Shown: piece after piece, positions 62,101 to 64,000 of the stretch
Layout: each line of letters starts with the position of its first letter
Numbering within the stretch: the first letter of the stretch is position 1
DNA from: Psammoneis japonica
Lineage: Eukaryota
DNA length: 64,000 bases
Direction of reading: 5' to 3'
NCBI GenBank assembly: GCA_008632985.1
Contig: QPGO01000105.1
Coordinates: 186,001 to 250,000 of the forward strand
Notes under the pieces: generated by a model
Database searches by the model: none
What the model was told of the DNA's origin: nothing
Seen by the model: the letters and a program-made list of their open reading frames with translations, nothing else
Made by a program: the position numbers and the translations under genes

Positions 62101-64000
62101 CAACAAGGTGTTGCAGCCAGAATTGATGCAGAAGCTTGGATATTCCATTTTAAAAGAGGACGTGGAGAACGCTTCTTCTGAGGCTACCGAGAAGAAAACA
62201 GTAAAGAGGCATCTCACTGTTGAGAACAAGACGGATGTTGTTGTCAAGGACCCTACGAATCTCACGAAAGAGCTAGCGGCGTTGTATCCGGAAAAGAGAC
62301 GTCTCATTGGGATATTGGAGGATGCAGGATTGGCTCTCGAGGTGGATAAAGACGTAGTCCAACAACTTCCTATGGCGTCCGAGGTTTCCGCAATGTACGG
62401 AGACAAACCTCGAGTTTTGGGTTTGGAGTACTGCAATGCCTTTCGCAAAACCGTACCCGTGGACAGCCGTCGACTTGGCGTTGCCGGTACCTTCAACACG
62501 GGTACCAATTTGCTCTACAACCTTTTGGAAGCGAATTGCGAAGTGACGCAAGTACGTAGGGACCGCGGAATCATGTGGCAAGTGCCGTGGGGAAAGCACA
62601 ACCCGCCCATGAATGAAACGTTTCGTTGGGAATACAAAACAAGAGGCACGGAGAATTTGAAGAACATTACGGAATGGTTACCGGCCGTGACGGTGCGGGA
62701 TCCGTACTTTTGGATGAAGAGCATGTGTCGAAAGCCGTACAGTGTTTCATGGCATAAGTCCAAGGATCGTTGTCCGAACTTGCTTGATACTAGCATCAGC
62801 AACAAGTCCATCCCTGTCCAGGTAAAATACAACAAGAATTGGGTTGTCAAACATGAGTCCCTTGCCCACTTCTGGGATGATTTCTACTCCCTTTATGTGA
62901 ATGATCAAAGCTTTCCACACATTTTGGTACGTATGGAGGATTTGATTTATCACGCTCCAGAAACCATTGATATCATGTGCGACTGCGTCGGAGGCAAGAA
63001 GAAGGGAGATTTCAAGTATGCGGTCGACAGCGCCAAGGCGGATCACTTCGAGAAAGGAGCTGTCGGCACTGGATTCATGAAGGCAATGCTTGACTATGGA
63101 AATGCGACGCGTCAAAGGGAAGGTTACTGGCCTGACGATCTCGCGTTCGCCAACAAGGTGTTGCAGCCAGAATTGATGCAGAAGCTTGGATATTCCCTCT
63201 TGAAAGATGACGCGGAGAATAACACAGCAAGAAGTCATCTCGCTGTTGAGAACAAGACGGATGTTGTTGTCAAGGGCCCTACGAATCTCACGAAAGAGCT
63301 AGCGTCATTGTTTCCCGAAAAGAAGCGTCTCATTGAGATTTTGGAGGATGCAGGATTGGCTGAAGCTGTCGACACGGACGTTGTCGAGCAACTTCCAACT
63401 TGGTCCACGATAGTTGAACTGTACGGAGACAAGCCTCGCGTTTTGGGCTTGGAGCACTGCGAGCACTATCGCGAAATGGTGCACTTCGACAGGCGTCACC
63501 TTGGCGTTGCCGGTACCTTCAACACGGGTACCAATTTGCTCTTCAACCATTTGCAAGCTAATTGCGAAGTGTCGAAAGCGCGTAATCACGCCGGTATTAT
63601 TTGGCAAGTGCCCTGGGGAAAGCATAACCCGCCCCTAAATGAAACCATGCGTTTGGAATTTAGACCAAAAGGAATGGAGATCTACAAAAATGTTACGGAA
63701 TGGCTGCCGGTAGTCACGGTGCGGGATCCTTACTTTTGGATGAAGAGCGTTTGCAAAAAGCCATATGCATTAAGGTGGCCACGTAAGGAAGCTCATTGTC
63801 CCAATCTCATTGCTAATCGGCATGATCTGAATGTCAGTCGTGAGCTAGAGTTGCTCAAGCCGGTCCCAGTCAAGGCACACTACCTAAAGCACTGGATCAT
63901 TCCGTTTGATTCGCTGGCGCACTTTTGGAATGATTTTCATGAACGGTACCTCCATGAAAGCAGCTTTCCACGAATCATGGTGCGCATGGAGGATTTGATT
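56164..64000 (+). CDS. Giant type II membrane protein with at least 8 tandem sulfotransferase-like domains, incomplete at the window end (several 1-nt frameshifts)
   Basis: N-terminal TM; repeated AGTFN(S/T)GTN, WQVPWGKHNP, VT(I/V)RDPYFW, CPNL and VRMED units. Confidence 0.8.

Overview
Intron-containing eukaryotic DNA; gene content and style suggest a diatom/stramenopile (inference). It contains: several sulfotransferase-like genes, including a giant tandem-domain gene running off the right end; a ~4.7 kb tandem duplication (hypothetical gene plus Ser/Thr kinase); a sterol C24-methyltransferase; three tandem paralogs with a Tudor-(CXXC-MBD)n-SET architecture; PAP-fibrillin-like, SRPBCC, heme peroxidase and acyl-CoA synthetase genes; and a Ty3/gypsy LTR retrotransposon with a deleted RT core, inserted into a host gene with a 5-bp target site duplication (TSD). 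The strongest signal is a RIP-like hypermutation with the wrong chemistry for fungal RIP: TpA is converted to TpG or CpA, i.e. A->G at the A 3' of T on either strand. All 11 differences between the two 291-bp LTRs are of this type while their CpGs are untouched. The same signature turns Tyr into Cys/His in the retroelement, in the host gene flanking it and in duplicated genes. Whole blocks (~0.3-6.0, 21.0-22.15, 31.7-33.3 and 49.3-55.9 kb) are nearly stripped of TpA, and the apparently older ones of CpG too. Most short Cys/His-rich ORFs in the track are by-products of lost TAA/TAG stops. All comparisons were made by eye; no database searches were run.
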